A stretch of DNA of 64,000 nt from an uncultured delta proteobacterium (GCA_963724765.1 CAVRVY010000004.1:1280001-1344000), one strand, 5' to 3'; shown: positions 1 through 9,478, counted from the stretch's first letter. The notes: a model not told the origin generated them from the letters alone. Program-made: numbers and translations.

Positions 1-59
1 CGCACCTCGATCGCAACTGGCGAAACCGTCCCCTTTCCGTTCTGTTCAGCAGCCGCCAT
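1..59 (-). CDS. Probable MlaF-type ABC transporter ATP-binding subunit, 5' end only (runs off window)
   Basis: ATG at 59 reads MAAAEQNGKGTVSPVAIEV..., directly downstream of mlaE on the same strand; call rests mainly on gene order. Confidence 0.45.
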   Translation of the reverse strand, partial: MAAAEQNGKGTVSPVAIEV

Positions 60-105
60 CTTCGCCTGACAAGGTTTTCTCCAAATTCTCTTGAATCGCG
101 GCATT

Positions 106-885
106 CTATAGGAGAATCGACGTGAGGAAATAGTCCCAGGCCAGGATCAACACGCTCGAGAGCACCACCGCCTCGGTGGTGGCGCGGCTCACCCCGGTCG
201 CCATGCGCTGCGCGTGGTAGCCCTTGTAGCAGCAGACCCACATCACTACCAGTCCAAAGACCAGCGCCTTGTACAGGCCGCTCATGATGTCGTGGCCGCT
301 CATGTTTTGCGCGATACCATTTAAGTAGCTGCCGCCCGGCGCGCCCATCAGGCCCACCCCGATAAGGTAGCCGCCCCAGATTCCGATTACGTCGAAGATG
401 CTGGTCAGCAAGGGGAAGCTGATTATCCCCGCGATCACACGCGGCGAGACCAGGTATTGGATCGGATTTATCGCCATCACGGACAGCGCGTCGATCTGTT
501 CGGTCGCCTGCATCGATCCCAGCTCGGCCGCCATCGCCGACCCGGCCCGCGCCGTGACCATCAGCGCTGCCAGTACCGGGCCCAGCTCGCGCACCAGCAC
601 CAGCGCGACCACGGTGCCGAGCGCGCCCTCCGAGCCGAAGCGGCGCAGCGTGTTGTAGCCCTGCAAGCCGAGCACCATCCCGGTGAACGCGCCTATCAGC
701 GCCACCAGCACGATCGACTCGGCCCCGATAGTGCGCATCTGCCGAATCGCCAGCCGCGGTTTGTAGGGCGGGGTTATCGCGCACCAGAGCGCCGTCGCGA
801 GGAACAGCACGAAGTTGCCCAGCGCGGTGACATTATCGATCACCAGCGCCCCAAGGCGCTCGATCATCTCCACGATTCTCGACAT
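106..885 (-). CDS. mlaE: MlaE-family lipid asymmetry ABC permease
   Basis: RELGPVLAALMVTARAGSAMAAELGSM...EQIDAL and GVSRATTEAVV signatures. Confidence 0.93.
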   Translation of the reverse strand: MSRIVEMIERLGALVIDNVTALGNFVLFLATALWCAITPPYKPRLAIRQMRTIGAESIVLVALIGAFTGMVLGLQGYNTLRRFGSEGALGTVVALVLVRELGPVLAALMVTARAGSAMAAELGSMQATEQIDALSVMAINPIQYLVSPRVIAGIISFPLLTSIFDVIGIWGGYLIGVGLMGAPGGSYLNGIAQNMSGHDIMSGLYKALVFGLVVMWVCCYKGYHAQRMATGVSRATTEAVVLSSVLILAWDYFLTSILL

Positions 886-897
886 TCAAATAGCCGT

Positions 898-1545
898 CTA
901 GCCGTGAGTGATCCCGAGCCGGGCAAGCTGATTGTAGGTATGAGTCATGCTGGGCGCGCGGACAAACTCGTTCAGATCGTCGATCACGTCAAGGTCGAGC
1001 GCCGGGCCGCGCCGCCGCACTACCCGGCTTGGCAGACCGAGCCGATAACATTCCTCGAGATGGCGCGCGAGACTCCGGCCGCCAAAGCGCGTCGGAATCG
1101 CGCCGGCCGGCGCGCGGGCAATTATATTGGTGCCGCTTAAGTCGCGCGAGGGCACCAGCACCACGCCGCGCTCTTCTTCGGCCAGTTCGCTGAAGACCGC
1201 GTCGATGTCCTCGCCGGTCACCAGCGGAATGTCCGACAGCACCGTGCACAACGTGCCGACGCCCTGCGCGGCGAGCGCCGCCGTCGCCAGGCCTACCGCC
1301 GCGTTGAGCCCGCGCGGAAACTCCTCGTCGATCACCAACGCGCCCGCGGTGCGTGCGAGGTTGAGCAACGCCGGGTCCGAACTGATAACCGCCACGTGGT
1401 CCGCCGCGCGCGCGCTTAGCGCCGCGGCCAGCACGTCGCGAAACATCGCCTCGGCCAGCGCCATACGATCGGTGTCGCCCACGGCGCGGCCCAGACGCGT
1501 CTTGGCGAAAGCGAGATGCTTGGCGGCGATGAGGATTGCACGCAC
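898..1545 (-). CDS. cofC: CofC/FbiD guanylyltransferase (F420 biosynthesis)
   Basis: AKTRL, GLNAAV, SDIPLV, GTN, FG..S..RH and LDLDVIDDL motifs. Confidence 0.85.
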   Translation of the reverse strand: MRAILIAAKHLAFAKTRLGRAVGDTDRMALAEAMFRDVLAAALSARAADHVAVISSDPALLNLARTAGALVIDEEFPRGLNAAVGLATAALAAQGVGTLCTVLSDIPLVTGEDIDAVFSELAEEERGVVLVPSRDLSGTNIIARAPAGAIPTRFGGRSLARHLEECYRLGLPSRVVRRRGPALDLDVIDDLNEFVRAPSMTHTYNQLARLGITHG

Positions 1546-1755
1546 GGCGTACCTTTATAACTCACGCGGCCAGTCGAGCCAACCGTAAAGAGCGAATCAT
1601 CCGCCTTGACAGTCTTTGCATCGGTGCTCCAACATTGGAGCAACGCTCCGCCATCAGTTGCCGGCGCCGGCCCTGGACCGCTCGCCCGAGAGCTGACGCG
1701 ATTGTCGCGGCGGACGCGCCATATCCGTTCGAGTCCAGTGAGGCAGGTGGAGGCA

Positions 1756-2682
1756 ATGGAGCGGAAGCTACGGACTTTGTCAAAATTCAGGTGCGGCCGC
1801 GCGCTCGCGCTTGGGGCGGCGGCGGCCTTTAGCGTCGGCTTGATCGCCGGGTGCCATGGCAAATCGGTCAATGACTACCTGAGCGACGGTAACGCGGCGA
1901 TGCAGAAGACGGAACTGCCGCAGGCCGAGCAGAGCTACCAGGCCGCGGCCAAGGCCGCGCCCAATGACCCGCGGGTCCACGTCGCGCTTGGCAACCTGTA
2001 CGTCTTCGAGCAGAAACCGACGCTGGCGCAAGCGGAATTCATGCGGGTGCTCGAGCTCGAACCAGCCAACGCCGCGGCCCATTCGGCGCTGGGCGGAATC
2101 TACGAATCGCAATCGCAGATGGGCGGAGCGCAAGAACAATACCTCGCCGCGGTCGCGCTCAAGCCGGCCGACCCCGCCTATCGCCTCCAACTCGGCTCGC
2201 TGCTCGCGAAGATCAACCGCACGGTATGGGCCGAGATCGAGCTGCGCACCGCGATCGGGCTCCAACCCAAGGACGCGCAAGCTCATCTGGCGCTCGCCAA
2301 CCTGCTGAACGCGACCCCCGGCAGCAAGGTGGAGGCCGACGACGAGTATGCCGAAGTGCGCGCGCTCGATCCGCATCTGCTGGCCGCTCCACCGCCGACC
2401 GAGGTCGCGCCGGCCGCGCCCGGTGCGGCGCCGAGCGCCGAAGCCGCCGTGGCGCCCCCTGCCGCCCCCGGCGTTGCGCAGCATAAGCTCAAGGCGCTTA
2501 ACCGCAAGTTCAGGCTGACCAGGGACTCCGCGGTCTACCAGCGGGCCGACAGCTCCACCAGCGTGGTCGGCCAGGTACATCACGGGCACTACGTACATGT
2601 CACGGGAATCGAGGGCAACTGGCTGCAGGTGACGTTGCGCAACGGCACCGTGGGATTTATCCCGGTGACGGCGGCCGAGTAG
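1756..2682 (+). CDS. TPR-repeat lipoprotein with Pro/Ala linker and C-terminal SH3-like domain
   Basis: GGAGG RBS before ATG 1756; lipobox LIAGC; TPR-like helical repeats; ends GNWLQVTLRNGTVGFIP. Confidence 0.75.
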   Translation: MERKLRTLSKFRCGRALALGAAAAFSVGLIAGCHGKSVNDYLSDGNAAMQKTELPQAEQSYQAAAKAAPNDPRVHVALGNLYVFEQKPTLAQAEFMRVLELEPANAAAHSALGGIYESQSQMGGAQEQYLAAVALKPADPAYRLQLGSLLAKINRTVWAEIELRTAIGLQPKDAQAHLALANLLNATPGSKVEADDEYAEVRALDPHLLAAPPPTEVAPAAPGAAPSAEAAVAPPAAPGVAQHKLKALNRKFRLTRDSAVYQRADSSTSVVGQVHHGHYVHVTGIEGNWLQVTLRNGTVGFIPVTAAE

Positions 2683-2760
2683 CCGCGTGCGAAACCTCCT
2701 GCGAGAGCTCCTGAAAGTTTTCGATCAACATAGAAGTTTTCATCAGCGAGGATTCAACCC

Positions 2761-3465
2761 ATGGCCAATCAACTCGTTGCACAGGAAGTAACGTTCGCGA
2801 GCAAAGCCTGCCAGCTCAAAGCATACGTGACGCATCAGGGCGGCGGCGCACCGCGCCCGGCGGTTATCGTGGTCCAGGAATGGTGGGGGCTCGACGATCA
2901 TATCCGCGACGTCGCGCGGCGTTTCGCCCAGGAGGGCTTTTTCGCGGTCGCGCCCGATCTCTACTCGCGCCTGGGCCACCAGGTGACCAAAGACCCCAAT
3001 GTCGCGGGGGATCTGATGTCAAAGCTCCCGCTGGCCGACGGCATCGAGGATCTGCTGAGCACCATCGCGTGGATCAAAAGCCAAAAGGAAGCCAATGGCG
3101 CGCGTATCGGAGTGATCGGCTTCTGTATGGGCGGGAGCTACGCGATGGCGCTGCCGTGCGTGAGCAAGGACATCAAGGCCGCGGCGCCGTTCTATGGCGA
3201 GGTTCCCGACGATCGGCAACTGCAGAATCTCAACTGTCCGATCTTCTACGCATACGGCGAGAACGACGGATGGATCACGCGGGCGGACGTCGACCGGCTC
3301 GCCGCCGATCTGAAGAAATTCAACAAGCGCGGCGAAGTGAAGATCTACCCAGGATGCTCGCACGGCTTCTTTAACGACAGCCGCAAGGACGTCTACGCGG
3401 CGACCGAAGCGCGGGACGCGTGGGGCAAGGCGACCGCGCTGTTCAAGGAGAATCTTGGCGCCTAG
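2761..3465 (+). CDS. Dienelactone hydrolase family protein
   Basis: QEWWGL, GFCMGG nucleophile motif, YPGCSHGF. Confidence 0.92.
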   Translation: MANQLVAQEVTFASKACQLKAYVTHQGGGAPRPAVIVVQEWWGLDDHIRDVARRFAQEGFFAVAPDLYSRLGHQVTKDPNVAGDLMSKLPLADGIEDLLSTIAWIKSQKEANGARIGVIGFCMGGSYAMALPCVSKDIKAAAPFYGEVPDDRQLQNLNCPIFYAYGENDGWITRADVDRLAADLKKFNKRGEVKIYPGCSHGFFNDSRKDVYAATEARDAWGKATALFKENLGA

Positions 3466-4843
3466 CGCCAGACCGCCCGGACCGCGGGGGCACCTGCTGC
3501 TCGGCAGCCTGCGCGAGGTGCAGCGCGAGCCTCTCAATCTTCTGCGCGACGGCTTTCGCCAGCACGGCGACATCGTGCGCTACCGCTTTGGCAGCACGAG
3601 CGCCTTTCTCCTCGCCCATCCCGACCACATCCGCCACGTCCTACACGACAACCATCGCAACTACGACAAGCATACCATCGACTACGCGATGCTGGGCCGC
3701 CTGCTTGGTAACGGCCTGCTGACCAGCGACGGCGCCTTTTGGCATCGCCAGCGGCGGCTGATAGCGCCGATGTTCCATCGCCAGCGCGTGGCCGGGTTCT
3801 GCAAGCTGATGGTCGACAGCACGCTCGAGATGCTCGACCGATGGGACGTTCTGGCGCATAGCGGCGAGCCCTTCGACGTCGTCGCCGAGATGACCCGGCT
3901 TACGCTCGTGATCGTGGCCAAGGCACTGTTCAGTGCCGACGTGAGCGACGATGCCGAGGCGATTGGCCCGGCCCTGACCGAGGTCAACCGCCAACTCGGC
4001 GAGTTCAGCCTGCTCGACCTGATCCCGGTGATTCCGACGCCGCGCAAGCGGCGCTTTCGCGCGGCCGTGCGCGCGCTCGACGAGGTGGTAAGCAAGATCG
4101 TCGACGAGCGCCGCCGCGCGACGTATCGCAACGAGGACTTGCTCTCGATGTTGCTCGACGCGGTCGACGAAGAGACCAGCAAGGTAATGACTGAGCGCCA
4201 GGTGCACGACGAGGTGCTGACCCTGCTGCTGGCCGGTCACGAAACCACCGCCAATGCGTTGGCGTGGACCTGGTACTTACTTGCGCAAAACCCCGAAGCC
4301 GCCGACAAGCTCCATCACGAGATCGCCGGCGTGCTCGGCGAGCGCGCACCCGGCGGCCTCGACCTGCCGCAACTCCCTTACACCCGGATGGTGATCGAAG
4401 AATCGATGCGGCTTTATCCGCCAGCCTGGGCAATTTCACGCAACGCCATCAGCGAGGACGAGATCGGCGGCTACCGCGTCCGGCCCGGGACCAACATCAT
4501 CATTTGCAGCTTCGTCACCCATCGCCATCCCGCCTTCTGGGCGGAGCCCGAACGCTTCGACCCCGAGCGCTTTTCGCCCGCGCGTTCCGAGGGACGCCCT
4601 AACTTCGCCTACCTGCCGTTCGGCGGCGGCCCGCGAGTTTGTATCGGCAACGTTTTCGCGATGAGCGAGGCACAACTGGTCGTGGCGACGGTGGCCCAGC
4701 GCTATCGGCTGCAGCTTGCGCCCGGGCATCCGGTGGAACTCCATCCGCTGGTCACCCTGCGTCCCCGCCACGGGATACGGATGACGCTGCATCCGGCCGA
4801 CGACGACGCCGCCGCCGAGACTCCCGATCGCGCCGCCCGCTGA
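3455..4843 (+). CDS. Cytochrome P450
   Basis: AGHETT I-helix, EESMR (ExxR), PERF, FGGGPRVCIG heme-binding Cys; TTG start overlaps the upstream gene. Confidence 0.95.
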   Translation: MAPSARPPGPRGHLLLGSLREVQREPLNLLRDGFRQHGDIVRYRFGSTSAFLLAHPDHIRHVLHDNHRNYDKHTIDYAMLGRLLGNGLLTSDGAFWHRQRRLIAPMFHRQRVAGFCKLMVDSTLEMLDRWDVLAHSGEPFDVVAEMTRLTLVIVAKALFSADVSDDAEAIGPALTEVNRQLGEFSLLDLIPVIPTPRKRRFRAAVRALDEVVSKIVDERRRATYRNEDLLSMLLDAVDEETSKVMTERQVHDEVLTLLLAGHETTANALAWTWYLLAQNPEAADKLHHEIAGVLGERAPGGLDLPQLPYTRMVIEESMRLYPPAWAISRNAISEDEIGGYRVRPGTNIIICSFVTHRHPAFWAEPERFDPERFSPARSEGRPNFAYLPFGGGPRVCIGNVFAMSEAQLVVATVAQRYRLQLAPGHPVELHPLVTLRPRHGIRMTLHPADDDAAAETPDRAAR

Positions 4844-4879
4844 CAGTCACTCGCTGGCTTCAGTTTTTGCGTGGCTGTC

Positions 4880-4908
4880 ACTCCCTCCCCAACTGATGGG
4901 GAGGGAGT
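4880..4908. terminator. 12-bp perfect inverted repeat between convergent genes (terminator or REP-like)
   Basis: ACTCCCTCCCCA-actga-TGGGGAGGGAGT. Confidence 0.55.
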
Positions 4909-4957
4909 TAAGATCCGACCTTCATCCCTCATCAACTATTAGGTGAACGCTCCGCGG

Positions 4958-5602
4958 CTATGCCTTGACCGCATCGGGCTGACGTTCGGGATGCGCGGCG
5001 GCGAAGGCGTCGAGCTTAAGGCACTCCTCGTTGATCCGGCGAATCGTCGGATAAGGCGCCAGGTCGAGCTTGACCCGGCCGGCATTTAAGATCTGCGGCA
5101 CCAGGAAAATGTCGGCCATGGTCGGCGTATCGCCGTAGCAAAATCGCCCGGTCGCGCGCGACTCATTCAGCATCCGCTCGATCGCGGCGAAGTTGAGCGC
5201 GATCCAGTGACGGCACCATTCGTTCAGCTCGTTTTCGCCGGCGTTGAAATGTTCCCCGAGGAACACTTGCGTGCGCCGACTTGCCAGCGGATGAATTTCG
5301 CAGGCAATGTTCAGCGTGATCGCGCGCACGCGGGCCCGCCCCGCCGGATCGCGTGGCAAAATCGCCGGGATGGGAAAGCGTTCCTCGAGGTACTCGCAGA
5401 TCGCCATCGATTGCGGGACTATTACGCCGTCGTCCTCCAGCGCCGGCACGATCCCCTGCGGATTGATCCGGCGATATTCCTCGCTCCAGGCCTCGTCCTT
5501 CAACAGGTTGACCGGAGCGTACTGGTACTTGAGCCCTTTCAGATTGAGCGCGATCCGCGCTCGGTACGCGGCCGACGATCGAAAATATCCGTAGAGCTTC
5601 AT
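4958..5602 (-). CDS. maiA: Maleylacetoacetate/maleylpyruvate isomerase (GST zeta class)
   Basis: MKLYGYFRSSAAYRARIALNLKG N-terminus; QSMAICEYL; AHPERQPD C-terminus. Confidence 0.92.
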   Translation of the reverse strand: MKLYGYFRSSAAYRARIALNLKGLKYQYAPVNLLKDEAWSEEYRRINPQGIVPALEDDGVIVPQSMAICEYLEERFPIPAILPRDPAGRARVRAITLNIACEIHPLASRRTQVFLGEHFNAGENELNEWCRHWIALNFAAIERMLNESRATGRFCYGDTPTMADIFLVPQILNAGRVKLDLAPYPTIRRINEECLKLDAFAAAHPERQPDAVKA

Positions 5603-5699
5603 GGCGGCACTCCTGTGGTCATGCGCGAAGGTCTGCGGCGACGATCGCCAAAGGGACGGACTAGCCGCAGGGATTTAGCGCAAGGACTAAGCGGAACGG

Positions 5700-6164
5700 C
5701 TACCGATAGATCATATGGATCGAAAGCGCGAGAACGCCCTTGCCCGCGTATTGAACCTTGCACTGATCGAATGACGGCGCCCTGAGCGTCGGATTTACGT
5801 TATTGGTGAATCCATAGCCCTCGAGCGGGTAGCCGAACCTGCGGTCGAATTTGCCGTTGCCGTTTTCGTCGTGAAACACGGTCGCGGCGTAGGCCCCAGC
5901 CGCCAGCCCCTTGAATTCGCACACGCCTTTATCGCCTTCGATAGGCACCGAAACTTCGTGCGACTCCGTGCCAGTTTTTGTAAATTCAGCGGAGTTCGCG
6001 CCCGACCATAGCGAGCAAATCACGGAGCCTTTCTGATTGCGCACGCCGTCCACGACGATGCGGATTTCGTTCGGCTGCGCCACCGGTTGCGAATGTGCGA
6101 TACACGGCGCGAGCACAAATCCAATTGCCATCGCGCACGCCAATGTGAAGAGTTTGGGCTTCAT
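5700..6164 (-). CDS. DUF2141-family exported protein
   Basis: Signal peptide; G.YA..VFHDENGNGKFD...P.EGYGFTNN and PSFD motifs. Confidence 0.85.
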   Translation of the reverse strand: MKPKLFTLACAMAIGFVLAPCIAHSQPVAQPNEIRIVVDGVRNQKGSVICSLWSGANSAEFTKTGTESHEVSVPIEGDKGVCEFKGLAAGAYAATVFHDENGNGKFDRRFGYPLEGYGFTNNVNPTLRAPSFDQCKVQYAGKGVLALSIHMIYR

Positions 6165-6243
6165 TCCTAATTTTTCCTCATGCCGCACGATCGATTTCTC
6201 CCAGGGATGCTCGCGAGATGTTTGTGGTCAAGCGCTCGCCCGA

Positions 6244-6960
6244 TCAGTGCTTGCCGTAGTCGAGCGGTACGCCCTTGCGCTGCGCGTAGATGTAGGCTTC
6301 GAGCGCGCGCAGCTTCGGATCGTTGGGGTCGAGCGCCTTGCCCTTGATCGGATTCTCGATGCACCAATCGATCATGTCGCGCAGCAGCGCGACCCGCTGA
6401 AGCTGGACCTGGTACTTGGGATAAGTCTCGGGATGCGTATTGGCGGCGTCGGGATGGCACATGTCGCAGCTTATTCCGATCGTGCTGCCGAGCGCCTTGG
6501 AGTCGTGAAAGATGCGCTTGCCGTCGGCGACGAACTTGTCGGTCTCGGCTTTCCAGACCTTGTAGTCGCGCGGCTGAAAGCTCGCGTACGTGTCGCCCTG
6601 CTGGACGGCCAGCGAAGGCGCCGCCGCGGGGGCTTGCGTACCTGACATTGTCGCTGTCGAGGCCTTTGGGCTCGCCGGTGAGGCTTGGGCAACTTCCCAG
6701 CGCTCGCCGGGATGCGCGCGTCGCCATTGGTCCATCAGTTCGTCGCTTACCGCCTGCGCCTGCGCGCGCGACATCGTCTGTCCGGGCTCTAAGTTCTTGA
6801 CCTCGATACTGGTCTTGCCGTCGCAGAGCATCACGACCGTGCCGCCGCTGTGGGCCGCGGGAACGTCGTGGGTAGCTGCCTGCTGCGCATACGAGCGCGC
6901 CAGGCCAGCGGCCGCGATCGTGGTTCCAAACATCAGGAGGACTATTCGTTTGGAGATCAT
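6244..6960 (-). CDS. Exported monoheme cytochrome c, SoxA/TsdA-like domain
   Basis: Signal peptide; CDMCH; downstream YPKY...LRDMIDWCIENPIKG...LRALEAYI resembles SoxA/TsdA heme domains. Confidence 0.75.
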   Translation of the reverse strand: MISKRIVLLMFGTTIAAAGLARSYAQQAATHDVPAAHSGGTVVMLCDGKTSIEVKNLEPGQTMSRAQAQAVSDELMDQWRRAHPGERWEVAQASPASPKASTATMSGTQAPAAAPSLAVQQGDTYASFQPRDYKVWKAETDKFVADGKRIFHDSKALGSTIGISCDMCHPDAANTHPETYPKYQVQLQRVALLRDMIDWCIENPIKGKALDPNDPKLRALEAYIYAQRKGVPLDYGKH

Positions 6961-7002
6961 TGTCGCCTCGTCGAATGAGAACCGTCGAGTATCGGTTGGC
7001 GA

Positions 7003-8151
7003 TCAATAGCTCGCGAACTGCGGCGCGGGCGGGCGATAGACCTTGCCATGCGATCGCAGGTATTGCGCGCGCACCGTGACCGGATTGCGGTCCCACAGGT
7101 TGTACATCATATCCGCCAGCCCTTCCTTGCTGACATTGACCTGGCCGTCACCGAGCCCGTCGAGCTGGTCGTACGGATCGGCGCGATTCATCTGCACTGT
7201 GAGCGGCGGCAATCCCTGCGGCGCGTAAGGCCATGGCCAGGCAGTCGAGAGCATTCCGTAGAAGCTGATGTTGGCGATCTGGTTGAAGAGCATCTGATGC
7301 GTGTGGCCATGGATTACGGTGACGTGGGGGTAGGGCCTGAGCAGCGCCTGCACCTGATCGGCGTCTTCGGTCCAGAAATTCCAGTTGCGGTAGTACTTAT
7401 AGAGCGGCGAGTGTGAGAACACGAGCAGCGGCGTGGTGGCCGGCACTTTGGCGAGGTCGCCTTTGAGCCATTCGCGCTCCTGGTCGCCGACTTCGAAGCG
7501 CGACTGAATCGGATTGTCCAACCCCGCGACGATTTGCATCCGCTCGGCCGGGGTCAGCTTGCGCGCGGTCCAGAAATCCTTCTCATGCACGCTCATCAGG
7601 ACGATTACGTGCACGCCTTTCCAGTCGAACGAATAGTTGGGCGGGCCGAACAGCTCCTGCCATTTCTCGCCCAAATCGTAAAACCAGTCATGCTCCCCGA
7701 CCATCATTTTGACCGGCGCCTTGAGCATCGAGAGAATTTCCTTGCCCTGCTGCAGTTCCTCGGGCCGCCCCAACTGCGCCAGGTCGCCGCCGAACAGCAC
7801 AAAATCGGGCTGTGGATCGAGCGCGTTGACGTCCTCGACCGCTTTGACCGCGCCTTTGACGAAACGCTGATTGAGCGTCCGCACGTACATGTGCGTGTCG
7901 GAGATATAGGCAAAAGTAAACGGCGGCGTTCCCGACAGGCCGGTCGCGCTCGCGCTCTTGTCCACGGCCGCCTCGGCTACGTTGACGAGCTGAAAGGTAT
8001 GCGGCGGCATTAGACCCTTGGCCATCACGGCGCCGGCGCTCGCAGCCAGGACTTTCAGGAAAGTGCGGCGATCGAGCCGGCGCATCCCGCGCAGCACCGC
8101 CTCGCGATCTTCCATGTATTTGGTTTCGACGCTCTTGTGCCGTACCGCCAT
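7003..8151 (-). CDS. Tat-exported calcineurin-like metallophosphoesterase
   Basis: DRRTFLK twin-arginine motif; SDTH, GGDL, GEHD, SHSP and HGHTH metal motifs. Confidence 0.85.
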   Translation of the reverse strand: MAVRHKSVETKYMEDREAVLRGMRRLDRRTFLKVLAASAGAVMAKGLMPPHTFQLVNVAEAAVDKSASATGLSGTPPFTFAYISDTHMYVRTLNQRFVKGAVKAVEDVNALDPQPDFVLFGGDLAQLGRPEELQQGKEILSMLKAPVKMMVGEHDWFYDLGEKWQELFGPPNYSFDWKGVHVIVLMSVHEKDFWTARKLTPAERMQIVAGLDNPIQSRFEVGDQEREWLKGDLAKVPATTPLLVFSHSPLYKYYRNWNFWTEDADQVQALLRPYPHVTVIHGHTHQMLFNQIANISFYGMLSTAWPWPYAPQGLPPLTVQMNRADPYDQLDGLGDGQVNVSKEGLADMMYNLWDRNPVTVRAQYLRSHGKVYRPPAPQFASY

Positions 8152-8179
8152 GACTTTGCTTCCTCGTGGATAAGGATCG

Positions 8180-9478
8180 TCAGTCGCCGCCGAGTAGCGC
8201 GGGATTCTCTTCGCTCTGTGCCGGCGTCATATCACCGAACGGTCCCTTGAAGCCGGGACCGAGGCCGGACTTGCCCATCGCGGCCGCCTCGTCGCGCTGA
8301 GGACGCTCGGTCTTGGCACGTGCGCGCTGCTTTTCGAGCTCCTCGTTCGCCGCGCTCGCGTATTCGGGACTGGTCAGAGTCGCGAGGAAAGCGACGAGGT
8401 CATCTTCTTCGGATTCGCTGAGTCCGAGCGGCAGCAGGCCGCCATCGAGGTAAGGGTTCGGTACGCCGCCTTTATTGTAGTGATCCAGAACGTCCCACAG
8501 CGTCGGCTGCGAACCGTCGTGGAAGTAGGGCTGCGTCACCAGCAAGTTGCGCAAGCCCATCGTTCGGAAGCCGCCGATATCATGGGCCTGTTTGGTTACG
8601 AGGAAACGCCCGAGCCCGCTCATGTCGGTTTGGATTGCGAGTCGGTCGAGCTGCTGCAAACCGCCGCCGCCCTGCGCGATCAATAACAGCGCTTTGCGCG
8701 CCAGCGGAACGAAGTCCGACTTATGCGCAGATACGCCAATATTATGAAAACGATTGTCAGTGAACAGCGGCTGCGTCGGATTCCATCCGTGGCAAGTCAT
8801 GCAGCGGCCCTTGCCGTTGAACAATGACCATCCGCGTTTGGCGCTGGCATTGATGGCGTTCTGATCGCCCGCCATAAAATGGTCGAAGGGCGTATCGAAG
8901 GCAACCTGCGTGCGTTCGTAAGCCGCGATCGCCTTCTCGATATTGTCCATCGTGATTGCGCCGTTGAATACGGCCTGAAACGACTGCTGATAGTCGGAAA
9001 TCGCCTTCACCTTGCCGACTACATCGTCGAAGCTCTTGTTGCCCATTTCGACCGGGTTGAGGATCGGGCCTTCGATTTGTTTCTCCAGCGTTGGCGCGCG
9101 GCCGTCCCAAAACTGGAGCGTGTTGAACAGCGCGTTCAAAACGGTCGGAGCGTTGCGCTGTCCGAAAGCGTGATGAATACCCATCGAGGTCGGGAGCTGA
9201 TCGGTGAAACCCTTGGCGGGCGAATGGCACTGGTCGCACGATACGGTGCCATCGGCAGAGAGCCGATCGTCGAAGAAGAGCTTACGGCCGAGCTCTACCT
9301 TTGCCGGCGTCTGTGGATTATCCGCCGGTATTACCCACGAATAGAGCTCGGCGGGGAAGCCGGTCTGATTGTTCGGCTTGGGTGCGGCGAGCGGAACCGA
9401 CTCGTCGGCGCCCACAGTTGTCATCAAGGCAATCGCTACGGCGCAGAGAATCACCGGTGTGAACAGCCTGGCTCTCAT
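8180..9478 (-). CDS. Diheme cytochrome c peroxidase/MauG superfamily protein
   Basis: CAGGAGGAGG RBS; signal peptide; CDQCH and CMTCH; RNAPTV, QFWDGRA, PYFHDGS. Confidence 0.92.
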   Translation of the reverse strand: MRARLFTPVILCAVAIALMTTVGADESVPLAAPKPNNQTGFPAELYSWVIPADNPQTPAKVELGRKLFFDDRLSADGTVSCDQCHSPAKGFTDQLPTSMGIHHAFGQRNAPTVLNALFNTLQFWDGRAPTLEKQIEGPILNPVEMGNKSFDDVVGKVKAISDYQQSFQAVFNGAITMDNIEKAIAAYERTQVAFDTPFDHFMAGDQNAINASAKRGWSLFNGKGRCMTCHGWNPTQPLFTDNRFHNIGVSAHKSDFVPLARKALLLIAQGGGGLQQLDRLAIQTDMSGLGRFLVTKQAHDIGGFRTMGLRNLLVTQPYFHDGSQPTLWDVLDHYNKGGVPNPYLDGGLLPLGLSESEEDDLVAFLATLTSPEYASAANEELEKQRARAKTERPQRDEAAAMGKSGLGPGFKGPFGDMTPAQSEENPALLGGD

